Assembly: GCA_963674785.1 (NCBI GenBank)
Contig: OY771555.1
Span: forward strand, 1 to 64,000
Reading direction: 5' to 3'
Source: Caldisericia bacterium
GTDB taxonomy: Bacteria > Caldisericota > Caldisericia > JAAYUI01
DNA: 64,000 bases
Positions 20,457-31,120 of this stretch are shown here, piece by piece. Position numbers and translations under genes: made by a program. Within the stretch, counting starts at the first letter, position 1. The number at the start of each line of letters is the position of its first letter. The notes under the pieces are model-generated. The model worked only from the letters and a program-made list of their open reading frames with translations, did not search any database and had not been told where the DNA came from.

Positions 20457-21284
20457 CTATTCAAACTCAAGACTAAAATCAGCATTTTTGACTGTGTGCG
20501 TTAACCAACCCATTGAAACAACATCAACCCCCGATTCAGCATAAGCCCTACAATTTGTTGGATTAATTCCACCCGATGCCTCTGTTATCACATGCTCAGG
20601 AACAAGCTCGAGAATCTCTTCAATCTCATCAGGAGTCATATTATCGAGTAGCAGTATGTCAGCGCCAGCAGCAATTGCTTGCTTGGCTTCATCTTTATTC
20701 TTGACCTCAACTTCGACCTTCATGACGTGTGGTGCACCATCTTTTGCTCGAGACACAGCTTCAGTAACCCCACCAACAGCCAGGATATGATTATCTTTGA
20801 TCAAAATTGCCGAAGATAAATCCATTCGGTGGTTAACACCTCCACCAACTTTTACAGCATGTTTTTGGGCATGTCTTAAATGGGGTAACGTTTTCCTTGT
20901 ATCCACAACATTGCAGTCAGTTCCATCAAGAAGGATTGCTATTTTTCGAACCTCAGTTGCAATACCTGACATGTGACAAAAGTAGTTAAGCCCTATGCGT
21001 TCCGCCTGGAGAATCTTTCTGGTATTCCCCTTTATTGTCATGACTATGTCTCCGGGTTTTGCCTGTTCACCTTCTGCCATGAATTCTTCAATCTCTGCCA
21101 TTTCATCCAGAAGCAAAAAAGCCATGATAAAATAATCGTTTCCACAAACAACGGAGTTTGATTTTGATGTGAGATGAGCTGTTGACTCTGAATCAACTGG
21201 GATCAGAAGCTCTGATGTTATGTCTCCCCATGGAGCATCCTCTTCCAATGCCTTTTGAACCTGGTTTCTTATTATCATATCCAT
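20457..21284 (-). CDS. nadC: Nicotinate-nucleotide diphosphorylase (carboxylating)
   Basis: EDAPWGDITS, DTRKTLP, NHRMDLS, IKDNH, EVEV, LLDNM, EASGGI. Confidence 0.96.
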   Translation of the reverse strand: MDMIIRNQVQKALEEDAPWGDITSELLIPVDSESTAHLTSKSNSVVCGNDYFIMAFLLLDEMAEIEEFMAEGEQAKPGDIVMTIKGNTRKILQAERIGLNYFCHMSGIATEVRKIAILLDGTDCNVVDTRKTLPHLRHAQKHAVKVGGGVNHRMDLSSAILIKDNHILAVGGVTEAVSRAKDGAPHVMKVEVEVKNKDEAKQAIAAGADILLLDNMTPDEIEEILELVPEHVITEASGGINPTNCRAYAESGVDVVSMGWLTHTVKNADFSLEFE

Positions 21285-22909
21285 GAATAACTCTCCATAT
21301 CATGAGTTCCAATATTTAGTTCTGTAAACTCTTCGGTTGGTTTACCTTTTATGTGGACTCTCTTTTTCTCCCAGTCGTTTGATATTTCCTCAAAATCGGC
21401 TCTGGAGTGTGTGCCACGGCTTTCTTTTCGCTCTATTGCGGACATTGTCACTGCGGTTGAAACTGTAAACATATTTGAAAGCTCCATTACACCGAGTATC
21501 CCCTGAGAAAATGCAAATTCTCCAAATGAAGCAAGTTCTTCCAAATGTCTCTCCATGTCTTGGCGATATCTTATCAGACCAATGTTTTTCCAATTACTTG
21601 CCCTAAGTTTACTTCTTGTGATCGGTGGATTTTTTGATTCAACAACGATTGGTTTTATCGGTTCTTTCATCTTCCTGTTATCATCGATAATCGTTTTTGC
21701 AGCATTTAAGCCGGTCACCAATCCTTCTGGCAAAGAATTCGATGCTAGCCTGTTTGCCCCATGCATCCCCGTTGAACCTGCCTCACCAGCAACATATAAA
21801 CCCGCTAAACTAGTGTGACAATCAATATCTGCCTCAACGCCACCAATCATATAGTGAGCGCCCGGGGCAACTGGAATTGGTTGCTCACAAGGGTCAAATC
21901 CGGCCTCAAGACACTGTGAATAAACCGTTGGAAAACGTGACTTAAAGAAGGTTGGATCAAAAATAGTAGTGTCGAGCATAACCCAATCCTGATTATATTT
22001 TGACATTTCAACGTAGCACGCTCTAGAAACAATATCACGCGGCGCAAGCTCAGCATGCTCAGAATACTTGAGCATAAATCTTTCATTTTTATAATTAAGA
22101 AGCTGTGCCTTTTCACCACGGATCGCCTCCGTAACAAGGAAAGACTTAGAAGGGTTTGCGTAACACACCGTTGGATGAAATTGAATGAACTCCATATCAA
22201 CAAGTGTAACACCAGCCCTCAGAGCCATCGCTATTCCATCACCCGTTGCAACACTGGGGTTACTTGTATGAGAGAAAATCTGTCCACAACCTCCAGTTGA
22301 AAGTACAATGTTTGGAGTTTTAAAAATAACATCTTTGTCATCAACAATGGCCGTAAGTCCAGCAACCTCACCATTATCATCCAACAAAATATCAACAACA
22401 AATGATTCCTCAAAAATGATTGCCTCTGTTTTACCTTCAAGTCTTTTACACATCATCTTTGAGATGTATCTGCCGGTCTGGTCACCACCAGCATGAAGGA
22501 TCCTTCTTACTGAGTGGAATGCCTCTCTTCCAAGTTGAAGATTTCCATTCAAATCAACATCAAAGGGGACTCCTATCTGGTTTAGATCAGATATGATCTG
22601 ACCCATCTTGTCAGCTACTTCGTCAATAGCTTCTTCGCGACAGAGCCCTGCTCCCGCAAGCATTGTATCTTTTTTCCAGAGATTCCTTGAATCTTTATCA
22701 TGGATAACAGCAGACATACCCCCCTGTGCGTAAAAAGAATTAGAATCAACAAGTCTTTCTTTGGTTATCAGAGCGACTCTTTTTGAAGAAGCAAGTTTTG
22801 ATGCAGCCATAAGACCCGCAACACCAGAACCAATAACAACAACATCAAACTCCCACATCTCAGAGGATGAGGATTTTGATAAGTACCTTGGGATTCTAAC
22901 TGAGCTCAT
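21275..22909 (-). CDS. nadB: L-aspartate oxidase
   Basis: GSGVAGL, SFYAQGG, QFHPT, TEAIRGE, ELAPRDIV, HGANRLASNSL. Confidence 0.95.
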   Translation of the reverse strand: MSSVRIPRYLSKSSSSEMWEFDVVVIGSGVAGLMAASKLASSKRVALITKERLVDSNSFYAQGGMSAVIHDKDSRNLWKKDTMLAGAGLCREEAIDEVADKMGQIISDLNQIGVPFDVDLNGNLQLGREAFHSVRRILHAGGDQTGRYISKMMCKRLEGKTEAIIFEESFVVDILLDDNGEVAGLTAIVDDKDVIFKTPNIVLSTGGCGQIFSHTSNPSVATGDGIAMALRAGVTLVDMEFIQFHPTVCYANPSKSFLVTEAIRGEKAQLLNYKNERFMLKYSEHAELAPRDIVSRACYVEMSKYNQDWVMLDTTIFDPTFFKSRFPTVYSQCLEAGFDPCEQPIPVAPGAHYMIGGVEADIDCHTSLAGLYVAGEAGSTGMHGANRLASNSLPEGLVTGLNAAKTIIDDNRKMKEPIKPIVVESKNPPITRSKLRASNWKNIGLIRYRQDMERHLEELASFGEFAFSQGILGVMELSNMFTVSTAVTMSAIERKESRGTHSRADFEEISNDWEKKRVHIKGKPTEEFTELNIGTHDMESYSWI

Positions 22910-23807
22910 ACATCCTGTTTATCGCAGTTCTTGCCTTTTCTGCGGTTTCATCGTCAACCTTTACGACGGTCTGTTCATTTTTTAAAGACTCAAGTAGAAT
23001 TTCGGGAGTTGTCTTTTTCATGTTCGGGCATAAAAACATCCGAGATGCACTGTAGAAAGTGGTACCCGGGAACATCACTTCCAACCTCTGTTTCATACCA
23101 ACTTCTGTCGCAATAATAAATTCTTTTCCGGGATTATCTTCAACATACTTGATCATTCCAGATGTTCCACAGATATGGTCAGCCAAATCCCTGATCTTTG
23201 GATTAGATTCAGGATGTGCAACCATAAGAGCATCAGGATGTTCGGCCTTTATTTTTTCAATTTCTGAAATATTTACCTCCCAATGGGTAGGACAATTTCC
23301 TTGTTCCCAAAGAACAACCTTTTTTGAGGTTTGCTCAGCAATCCACGAACCGAGACCCATATCCGGAATAAAAATAAACTCGTCACCAGGAAGGTTTTCA
23401 CAGATTGTCAAAGCATTTGAAGACGTGCAAATGACATCAACCTCAGCTTTTGTTGCAGCCGTAGAGTTTATATAACAAACAATCGGGGTACCGGGATATT
23501 TCTTTTTGAGTTCCCTGACCTGCTCAGCTGTAATTCCATCTGCAAGTGGACAACCGGCATCAGGATTTCCTATCATGATCTTTTTTTCCGGTGAAAGAAT
23601 TGATGCAGTTTCAGCCATAAAATAAACTGCTGCAAACATGATTTTCTGGTATTCAGAGTCCCTGGCTATTTTTGATAACTCGAGAGAGTCACCAACGATA
23701 TCAGCAACTTCTTGAATCACCATTGGCTGATAACTATGCGCAAGCAACAATATATCTTTTTGTTTTTTGACGCGAAGAATTTCTTCCTGAATGCTTGATG
23801 TGTACAT
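22896..23807 (-). CDS. nadA: Quinolinate synthase
   Basis: AHSYQ, GDSLELS, FMAETA, AGCPLA, YINS, CPTH, HPE, CPNMK. Confidence 0.96.
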   Translation of the reverse strand: MYTSSIQEEILRVKKQKDILLLAHSYQPMVIQEVADIVGDSLELSKIARDSEYQKIMFAAVYFMAETASILSPEKKIMIGNPDAGCPLADGITAEQVRELKKKYPGTPIVCYINSTAATKAEVDVICTSSNALTICENLPGDEFIFIPDMGLGSWIAEQTSKKVVLWEQGNCPTHWEVNISEIEKIKAEHPDALMVAHPESNPKIRDLADHICGTSGMIKYVEDNPGKEFIIATEVGMKQRLEVMFPGTTFYSASRMFLCPNMKKTTPEILLESLKNEQTVVKVDDETAEKARTAINRMYELS

Positions 23808-23813
23808 AGTTGA

Positions 23814-23875
23814 AGACTAATCAAAAACACCCAAAAAATCAAGCTAGTTGTTTTGATTAATATCTAAATTATACT
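23814..23875. promoter_or_regulatory. Back-to-back leaderless-type promoters for nadA (-) and ruvB (+)
   Basis: Minus: TTGATT-N17-TAGTCT-N6-ATG. Plus: TTGTTT-N16-TATACT-N7-GTG. No SD on either side. Confidence 0.6.
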
Positions 23876-23882
23876 GACCTCT

Positions 23883-24935
23883 GTGGCAAGAAGAATAGTT
23901 GATTCTAACAGCAATGATGACGAAAAGGATGTGGAACTTTCCCTAAGACCAAAAAAACTTACGCAGTTTATCGGTCAGGGAAGGGTCAAAAAAAATCTGG
24001 GTACTTTTTTGGGAGCTGCAAAAAAACGTGATCCAAAAACCCTTAGTCACGATGAAGGAATACTTGACCATATCCTTTTTCATGGACCACCTGGGCTTGG
24101 AAAAACAACCCTTGCAATAATCATTGCAAATGAAATGGGCGTTCCACTTAAAAGAACCACAGGCAAGGCGATCGAAAGGGCAGGAGATATTGCATCAATT
24201 CTGACTGGTCTATCAGAGGGATCAGTTCTGTTCATTGATGAAATCCACAGACTGAATCCACAAATTGAAGAGAGCATCTACTCTGCAATGGAAGATTTCA
24301 GATTTGATATCGTTACCGGTCAAGGACCATCTGCCAGAACAATCACAATTCCTCTGAAAAAATTTACACTTGTTGCGGCCACGACGAGACTCAGTCTTTT
24401 GTCTGCCCCCCTTCGTGACAGGTTTGGAATCATTGAAAGACTCGATTTTTACAAGCCTGAAGAACTCACTGAAATCGCAACCAGAGCCGGGGAAGCATTA
24501 GGTATCGAGATCGATGCAAAAATGGGATTGATGCTTGCAAAAAGGGGGAGGGGAACTCCTCGAATCGTCCTGAGACTTTTAAGGCGTGCAAGGGATTTTG
24601 CACAGGTCGAAGGACAAACAAAAATCACAAAAGAGATTTTGGAAGAAACATTCAAAGCACTCGACATAACTGAACACGGGCTTGATAAGATGGATAGAAG
24701 GCTGCTTCATGCAATCGCCACAAAATTTGGTGGGGGGCCGGTTGGTGTTGACACTATGTCTGCGATCCTGGGTGAAGATAGAAACACAATAATTGATGTT
24801 ATTGAGCCATATCTACTTCAAGAAGGTATGATTATGAGAACTCCTCGTGGTCGAATTCTTCTGGAAGATGGATATAGAGCATGTGGACTTGAACCAAAAA
24901 GAAATGAGAAAGAAGAGGAACCATATCTCTTCTAA
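23883..24935 (+). CDS. ruvB: Holliday junction branch migration helicase RuvB
   Basis: SLRPKKL..FIGQ, GPPGLGKTT, FIDEIHRL, PLRDRFG, GTPR, GGPVG, EPYL, RTPRGR. Confidence 0.97.
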   Translation: MARRIVDSNSNDDEKDVELSLRPKKLTQFIGQGRVKKNLGTFLGAAKKRDPKTLSHDEGILDHILFHGPPGLGKTTLAIIIANEMGVPLKRTTGKAIERAGDIASILTGLSEGSVLFIDEIHRLNPQIEESIYSAMEDFRFDIVTGQGPSARTITIPLKKFTLVAATTRLSLLSAPLRDRFGIIERLDFYKPEELTEIATRAGEALGIEIDAKMGLMLAKRGRGTPRIVLRLLRRARDFAQVEGQTKITKEILEETFKALDITEHGLDKMDRRLLHAIATKFGGGPVGVDTMSAILGEDRNTIIDVIEPYLLQEGMIMRTPRGRILLEDGYRACGLEPKRNEKEEEPYLF

Positions 24936-25497
24936 AATCCTGCTTCACTGTTGCTGTGGCCCGTGTGCCACAGCGGTAATTGATTTTCTGCAAAATGAAG
25001 GCTTTGAAGTAACCGCACTTTTTTTCAACCCGAATATTCACCCACAGGGGGAATTTAGAAAAAGGCTGAAATCATGGAAGAAAGTTTGCGAAACAAAATC
25101 GATTGAACATTTCTTCTTCAGAGACCCAAAATATAAACCTCAATCAGGAAAAAATAGATGTAATCACTGCTATGTAACACGATTTAAAAGAACCTCAGAG
25201 ATCTCAAAAACCCTTGGCTTTGAAATCTTCACCTCAACCCTTTTTATCTCTCCATTTCAAAACCATGAACTCATGAAAGAAATCGGAAGCAAGTTTGAAG
25301 GGTTCAAGTATTTTGATTTCAGAAATCTTTTTAGTGAAAGCAAAAAGCAATCAAAAGAGTTAGAACTCTACTCACAAAAATACTGTGGTTGTTTCGATAG
25401 CAAACTTGAAGCTGAATGGCTGAAAAAAAGGAAAAAAGAGAGTAAGCGCAGGAAACTCGGCGAATACTCCCCATGGAAACCTGATTATGTTTTATGA
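24904..25497 (+). CDS. queH: Epoxyqueuosine reductase QueH (DUF208)
   Basis: LLHCCCGPCA, FFNPNIHP, RCNHCY, STLFISP, YSQKYCGC. Start uncertain (24904 or 24847). Confidence 0.88.
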   Translation: MRKKRNHISSKILLHCCCGPCATAVIDFLQNEGFEVTALFFNPNIHPQGEFRKRLKSWKKVCETKSIEHFFFRDPKYKPQSGKNRCNHCYVTRFKRTSEISKTLGFEIFTSTLFISPFQNHELMKEIGSKFEGFKYFDFRNLFSESKKQSKELELYSQKYCGCFDSKLEAEWLKKRKKESKRRKLGEYSPWKPDYVL

Positions 25498-27579
25498 ATC
25501 AATTGGAGTCAAAACGGTTATCTGAGAAAAAGCAACTCCGCCTTCCCAACTAGCTTTTACCTTTCCAATATAAACATATCCTGGTTTGAAAACTGATGGA
25601 TTAACAGTAAGCACTATAGCCTCTTCTTCTCCGGGCTGAATTATCAATTGCTCTTTGTCAATTTTCATCCATCTTCCAAATGAATTGAGATTTGCCGTAA
25701 TCTCAACATCAACATTATTTTTCAATCTTATCTCAAAAGTTTTTTTTGCTGGGTCATCAATCATGAGATTCAAGTTATCAAAAGAGATTGCTGTTTCCAT
25801 TGAGGTATCCAGGACATTTACTTTGGAGACACATTTCAGATTTCCAAAGCTACATATGACATCTCCAAAAACGCCTCCCACTTCAGAAGCGGTAAACTCC
25901 CCATCTTCAGTCAAAGTACCGATTTCATCATTGGATATCGACCATTCAAATGGGATTTCTGGAATTTCTTTTCCTGCTCTATTCAATAATGAGGCTTTAA
26001 AGACCTGCTTATTTCCAGGTCTAATCGCAATCACCTCGGGTTTTATGTCAATCCTCTCACCCATGACAATTCTGATTTTTGAAAACGAATACACTCCATC
26101 GATAAGAGCCATGACAATACAGTTTTCTTCATTACCGCTGGGACTGAAAACCCCATCTCTTGAGATTTCTCCAGCTGTGGGAGGATCAACTGTCCAGACG
26201 ACTTTCCTCCTAAGAAGAGTCTTGTCTTTATTGTAAGCTTTTGCTGTCAATTCAATTTTATCATTGTAGTTTACGATCTGCACTTTGGGTGAAACCTCAA
26301 CAGAAAAAACAACATCCGAGGCAGGTGGAATTCCAAAACATCTTATAGGCATTGCAAGACCTTCTACAATCTTCTTTTCTTCAGGTCTATCATTGAAATA
26401 GAACTTGTTGTTGGAAATTTTGACACTTGTAAATCTGCCTGGTTTGTCATATCTCCAAAGCTCTTCACCAGAATTTACGTCAACACAATAAAGATTGCTT
26501 TCAAATTCAAATGATCGCTCATCTCCAATAACCGCTGAAAAGAAAATCATGTCATTTGAAATCGCAACAGAAGAATATGATCCAGAATGCTCAAACACCC
26601 ACTTTTCTTCAAAGGAGTCGACATCATAAGCAACAAGCCCTTTGCAATAATCGGTTACAAAAAGTGTGTCCTTATATATACCTTCAAAGCAAGCTTCGTA
26701 ACATGTCAATTCAAACTTTTCAAGAACTTCACCAGTCTTTGAAGAGATTGAATAAAGGATTGCACCTTTTCTCTCTGCTTCACCGTCTTCCGGATTGTAC
26801 TCAGCACTTATAAACATCTTTTCATTATAGAGTGGGATTATGTAAGAAGCTTTGTAATCATCGTCAGTAACCATCTCCCATTCCTGTTCACCTGATTCAA
26901 GATTGATTGAAACAATCTTTGACGGTGTCGTATAAATCTTTCCGATCAATGAGTCATCATCAAAAACGACATACGTAAAAAACCCCTCAAGAGGAATGGA
27001 TTTTTCAAGCTTCCCACTTTCAGCATCGAAACACAAAAAAATCGGGTCTGAATAATAGTTTTGGTAGGATTCTACAAAAACTGTTTTTCCATTCGAGTAG
27101 GAATCTGGATTATATATATTCTTCTCCATTTCGACTTCCCACAAAACATCTCCTGTAAGAAAATCAAAGGTTGAATAAACAAATTGATCATCATCGTTTC
27201 CATAAAACGCAAACACCCCATAATCAGTCAAGTCATAATCATAGAAAAAAACGCCATCACGTCTCCAAACAACATCACCATTAAATGCACTCACGCAGGT
27301 GATTGCATTATATTCGAGGACATACATATTATTGTTTTTAAAAAGGAACTCAGGGTTGTAATGATTTGATTTATAAACCCAAAGCTCTTCCATCGTTTCA
27401 ATATCTGGTGCAAGGTCATCTGGCATAGAGAAAGTTTGCTGATAGTTTGCTCCCCAGCAAATCCAATCAGCTCCTGAAACAGAACCAGCTCTAGAATATC
27501 CAGAGATCACATGCAATGGAGACAAGACAATGACCATCGCAAGCAAACACAAAAAAATATTTTTCATTCTCTTATTCAT
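25492..27579 (-). CDS. Secreted PQQ-like beta-propeller protein with Ig-like and BACON-like C-terminal domains
   Basis: AGGAG SD before ATG 27579; D..TG...W repeats; WTVDPPTAGEISRDGVF and WSISNDEIGTLTEDGEF Ig repeats. Confidence 0.8.
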   Translation of the reverse strand: MNKRMKNIFLCLLAMVIVLSPLHVISGYSRAGSVSGADWICWGANYQQTFSMPDDLAPDIETMEELWVYKSNHYNPEFLFKNNNMYVLEYNAITCVSAFNGDVVWRRDGVFFYDYDLTDYGVFAFYGNDDDQFVYSTFDFLTGDVLWEVEMEKNIYNPDSYSNGKTVFVESYQNYYSDPIFLCFDAESGKLEKSIPLEGFFTYVVFDDDSLIGKIYTTPSKIVSINLESGEQEWEMVTDDDYKASYIIPLYNEKMFISAEYNPEDGEAERKGAILYSISSKTGEVLEKFELTCYEACFEGIYKDTLFVTDYCKGLVAYDVDSFEEKWVFEHSGSYSSVAISNDMIFFSAVIGDERSFEFESNLYCVDVNSGEELWRYDKPGRFTSVKISNNKFYFNDRPEEKKIVEGLAMPIRCFGIPPASDVVFSVEVSPKVQIVNYNDKIELTAKAYNKDKTLLRRKVVWTVDPPTAGEISRDGVFSPSGNEENCIVMALIDGVYSFSKIRIVMGERIDIKPEVIAIRPGNKQVFKASLLNRAGKEIPEIPFEWSISNDEIGTLTEDGEFTASEVGGVFGDVICSFGNLKCVSKVNVLDTSMETAISFDNLNLMIDDPAKKTFEIRLKNNVDVEITANLNSFGRWMKIDKEQLIIQPGEEEAIVLTVNPSVFKPGYVYIGKVKASWEGGVAFSQITVLTPIDS

Positions 27580-27716
27580 AGAAACACTCCTAAACTGATC
27601 AATTATAAACCCCACAAGACCATTATAAGGAAACAAAAGGAAATTAAAACACCCTCGATATCAGGCATCGGAGGAAGTGACAAAAGATCACTGCCTCCAA
27701 AAGTTGTTTCAAATGT

Positions 27717-28496
27717 TTAGTTTGCTTCGAAAGCTGTGTACAAGTCCATCAATAATGAATCAATATACTTTGTATATGTCTTGTTTTCTGACTTGAAGTC
27801 ATAGATTGATATTGCAACATTTGGTAATTCAGTGTCATCTGACATAAGCTCGGATTCTGGTTCAAAAACAAAGAATTCAATATCAAGGTCATCTGCATTG
27901 TTTGTGTAAACCAAACCCATTCTTGCAGCTATATCCCCCCATGCAGCATTTGAGCCAGAAAAAATCTTTTTGTTGTGTTTTCTGAATCTATTCCACCAAT
28001 TATCCTCAAGAGTGGCAAGAGTTACTTCCATCTCATAAGCCGTACTCTTAACTCCAAATGATGATTCAACTTTTTCTTCAAGAACCGGCGCAAGTACAAG
28101 CGCCAATTCTCTCATTGCATTGATATTAAGAAAAACAAAAGGTTCTTTATCTGTAAGGTCTGTGAGTCCTCTTTCAATTGCTGCATCAAGAAGAGTAAAC
28201 GTTTCTTTTTCTTTCAGAAATTCTGTTGCCCACGTGTCTATATCACCACCGTTCAGAAGTACAAAATCAGCTTCCTCAAAGAGTTTTTTATTATCTTCAG
28301 TTGGCTGATATGTGAACGGATTCTCACCTGCAGGAACGATACTTTTGACCTCTACCCAATCTCCAAGAAGCTCAGATAGATAGTATTCAAGAGGCGGAAT
28401 GGTTGTTACGACAAGTGAGGTCTTAGTTCCACCACAACCTGCAAAAACACCCGATAATATAACAACAGATAAAAGTACTGTGACAATCTTTTTCAT
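27717..28496 (-). CDS. ZnuA/TroA-family substrate-binding lipoprotein, degenerate metal site
   Basis: Lipobox FAGC; VVTTIPPL, V.SIVPAGENP.TYQPT, ADFVLLNG..IDTW. Confidence 0.8.
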   Translation of the reverse strand: MKKIVTVLLSVVILSGVFAGCGGTKTSLVVTTIPPLEYYLSELLGDWVEVKSIVPAGENPFTYQPTEDNKKLFEEADFVLLNGGDIDTWATEFLKEKETFTLLDAAIERGLTDLTDKEPFVFLNINAMRELALVLAPVLEEKVESSFGVKSTAYEMEVTLATLEDNWWNRFRKHNKKIFSGSNAAWGDIAARMGLVYTNNADDLDIEFFVFEPESELMSDDTELPNVAISIYDFKSENKTYTKYIDSLLMDLYTAFEAN

Positions 28497-28552
28497 GAAC
28501 TGAATTCTATATGTAAATGAGAATTCTTCAAGTTTTGAATTCAAACAATATA

Positions 28553-29512
28553 TTACAGTCGATAAACCCAACTTACGAAAGCATCATAAGTCTTAAAACC
28601 ATAGTTTTCATACAACCTAAATGCTCCCATTGTAATATCTGTTCCTAGGGTTATTGATTCGTAGCCACTTTCTATTGCATTGTTAATTATTGATTTTAGG
28701 AGATTCTTTCCGAAGCCTTTTCTTTTTGAGTCAGTTCTTATACTCATGCAGCTTACATGACAATTCTTCTCTCCATAGGGGAGAACAATTGAGAAACCAA
28801 TCAAACCACTATCTTCGGATAAAATCCCAATCGATGCAGATTCATTAATAGCCTCTTCCAAACCTAAAGTGTCAAAATACTCACGTCTTTCAGCCTCTGA
28901 TTGATTAAAGAAAAAACTCGCATCACCAGAGGAGAACGAATCATAATAGCAATCATAAAGTTTATTGATATCAATACTCTTTAGAGGAATCAAATGAATG
29001 GCATCTGGATAGTCAACAGTTTTTTGTACAATAACACTTAAGTCTAGTTTCATCTCAGCATATTGAGCTTCAGTTTTGAATCCTGTTGGATTATATAATT
29101 CTTTGTCATACGTTTCTTTATCAATCATTGGGGCTATTATCTCAATTTTTGAGATTGTCTTTTTTTTGGCATAAGAAACTATTGAGTCCAGAATTAGTCT
29201 TTTAATAGTTAAGCAATTGATTTCATTCGCTAGCGGATGACCACCAAGAATATTCCCTGGGTTGACTTCTATTGTTTGGGATTCATTCTCAAACAAAATT
29301 GACAATCCAACAATATCCGATTTTTCTTTGATCATCAAAATCTTATTTGGATTATTTGATAGAAAACTCTTAAATCTTTCTTTGATAACTTTTGCTGTAA
29401 GATCGTTCTCCTCTACATAAGATTTTCTAACCTTGCAGACAAAATCAACAACATTATCTAAATCAACCCCATCCCAATCGTTTATCAAAACATCATATTG
29501 ATTATTATTCAT
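28553..29512 (-). CDS. GNAT family N-acetyltransferase (two-domain)
   Basis: C-terminal KRKGFGKNLL...AFRLYENYGF. Confidence 0.85.
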   Translation of the reverse strand: MNNNQYDVLINDWDGVDLDNVVDFVCKVRKSYVEENDLTAKVIKERFKSFLSNNPNKILMIKEKSDIVGLSILFENESQTIEVNPGNILGGHPLANEINCLTIKRLILDSIVSYAKKKTISKIEIIAPMIDKETYDKELYNPTGFKTEAQYAEMKLDLSVIVQKTVDYPDAIHLIPLKSIDINKLYDCYYDSFSSGDASFFFNQSEAERREYFDTLGLEEAINESASIGILSEDSGLIGFSIVLPYGEKNCHVSCMSIRTDSKRKGFGKNLLKSIINNAIESGYESITLGTDITMGAFRLYENYGFKTYDAFVSWVYRL

Positions 29513-29593
29513 ACTTATCAATATAGATAATTACAGAATCGAAATCAATATTCTTTTCAAATCCACTCGATTTTCGGTCGATGAGTAAACCTT

Positions 29594-31006
29594 TTATATC
29601 CCCTGTCTGCCAACCTCCCACTCAGCTTTGCCGGGAAGTGAGCCATTAACCTCAACAGGAATTGGATAGTTACCAGTCAAACAAGCGGTACAGAAATTTT
29701 CTTCGGTATCACCACAAGCAGTGCACAAACCACCAAGTGAAAGGTACTGAAGTGAATCAGCACCAATGAAATTGCATATCTCAGGAATCGACATTTCGCT
29801 TGCAATAAGGTCTTTTTTTACACCCGTATCAACACCATAAAAACATGGGAATTTAATCGGTGGAGAAGATATACCAAGTGAGACTTTTTTTGCCCCAGCA
29901 CGTCTTAACTTGTCAATAAGAACTCCTGTTGTTGTGCCTCGAACAATTGAGTCCTCAATAACCTTTATCTTTTTGCCCCTTATCATCTCACTCATAACAT
30001 TGAGTTTGATTCTTACTTTTTCTTTTCTTTTTTCCTGACCTGGAGATATAAAGGTTCTTCCTACGTAGTGATTTTTGATAATTGCAGGGACGAGTGGAAT
30101 TCCCATTTTATGAGCATAACCTGCTGCTGCTGGGTTTCCAGTTTCAGGGACAGGGATCACCATGTCAATATCTTTTTCGGTCTCTTCCTCTGCAAGCTTC
30201 ACACCCATATCAAACCTTGCTTTCCAAAGCAATTTACCTCTCATGATTGAATCTGGTCTTGCAAAGTATATGTATTCAAAAATACATATTTTGCCCATCT
30301 TGCCAGCATTTTCAAATGTGCCAAGTGATTCAAGAGTGTTTAAATCAACAATTTCGCCAGGATAAACTTTTCTTACAAACTCGGCACCAATAGCATCAAG
30401 TGCACATGATTCTGATGAAAGCACACCAGCACCTTCAAACCTTCCAAGAGAAAGTGGGCGTATTCCAAGAGGATCTCTAAACGCAAGCATTCTACCATTT
30501 TTTAGTAACCCTGCTGAATACGTTCCATGGACATGTTTCATAAGCTTCATTATTCCAGCGACAAGGTCATTTTTCCTCTGAGCATTGTAAAGAACATCCT
30601 TCGCAAGCAGTTCTCCATCATTTGTTGAGAGGAAAGTCATACCCTTATCCTGCAAGAAATATCTTTGTTCTGAATAGTTTACGATATCTCCATTGCTGGC
30701 AACCCAAAGGTCACCTGCACTGTGTGGTTGTGCATTTTCTGGAGTATTCAAACCCTTTGTGGAATATCTAACATGTCCGAGAGAATGTGTCCCTTTTACA
30801 CCATGCAATCTTCCTTCTGCAAAAACATCAACAACAGCACCAGTATCTTTTAGGTGTCTTGTTATGTTTGGAGCTTTCCAGGATACAATCCCACACGCCT
30901 CTTGTCCTCGATGCTGTAAAGCCAGAAGACCAATATAGGTCAGATAAGCAGCATTATCATGTCCCGCAACAGCAAATACGCCACATTCTTCGTTCATCAG
31001 ATTCAC
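29594..31006 (-). CDS. purF: Amidophosphoribosyltransferase
   Basis: EECGVF, LQHRGQEA, GHVRYST, CIFEYIYFARPDS, EDSIVRGTT, PCFYGVD, FCTAC. Confidence 0.97.
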   Translation of the reverse strand: MNLMNEECGVFAVAGHDNAAYLTYIGLLALQHRGQEACGIVSWKAPNITRHLKDTGAVVDVFAEGRLHGVKGTHSLGHVRYSTKGLNTPENAQPHSAGDLWVASNGDIVNYSEQRYFLQDKGMTFLSTNDGELLAKDVLYNAQRKNDLVAGIMKLMKHVHGTYSAGLLKNGRMLAFRDPLGIRPLSLGRFEGAGVLSSESCALDAIGAEFVRKVYPGEIVDLNTLESLGTFENAGKMGKICIFEYIYFARPDSIMRGKLLWKARFDMGVKLAEEETEKDIDMVIPVPETGNPAAAGYAHKMGIPLVPAIIKNHYVGRTFISPGQEKRKEKVRIKLNVMSEMIRGKKIKVIEDSIVRGTTTGVLIDKLRRAGAKKVSLGISSPPIKFPCFYGVDTGVKKDLIASEMSIPEICNFIGADSLQYLSLGGLCTACGDTEENFCTACLTGNYPIPVEVNGSLPGKAEWEVGRQGI

Positions 31007-31120
31007 CCCTAGGTTTTAAGGTAATATGAATAATTCCCCATTTGACTTATTTGTCAAGGAATCCAAGGAAATTGTAACACATGTTTGACTATTCTCCAAA
31101 AAGGATATAGCCTATTGTTT

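Noticed and set aside
27670-27698. Hairpin GGAGGAAGTGA...TCACTGCCTCC downstream of the ZnuA-like gene
   Set aside because: No U-tract on the coding strand and no recognisable RNA family; insufficient support as a terminator or ncRNA.
28553-29512. Seventh member of the GNAT array
   Set aside because: Lacks the array signature motifs (P.PTF, TG...R.RG, NDE.N); a separate GNAT family.
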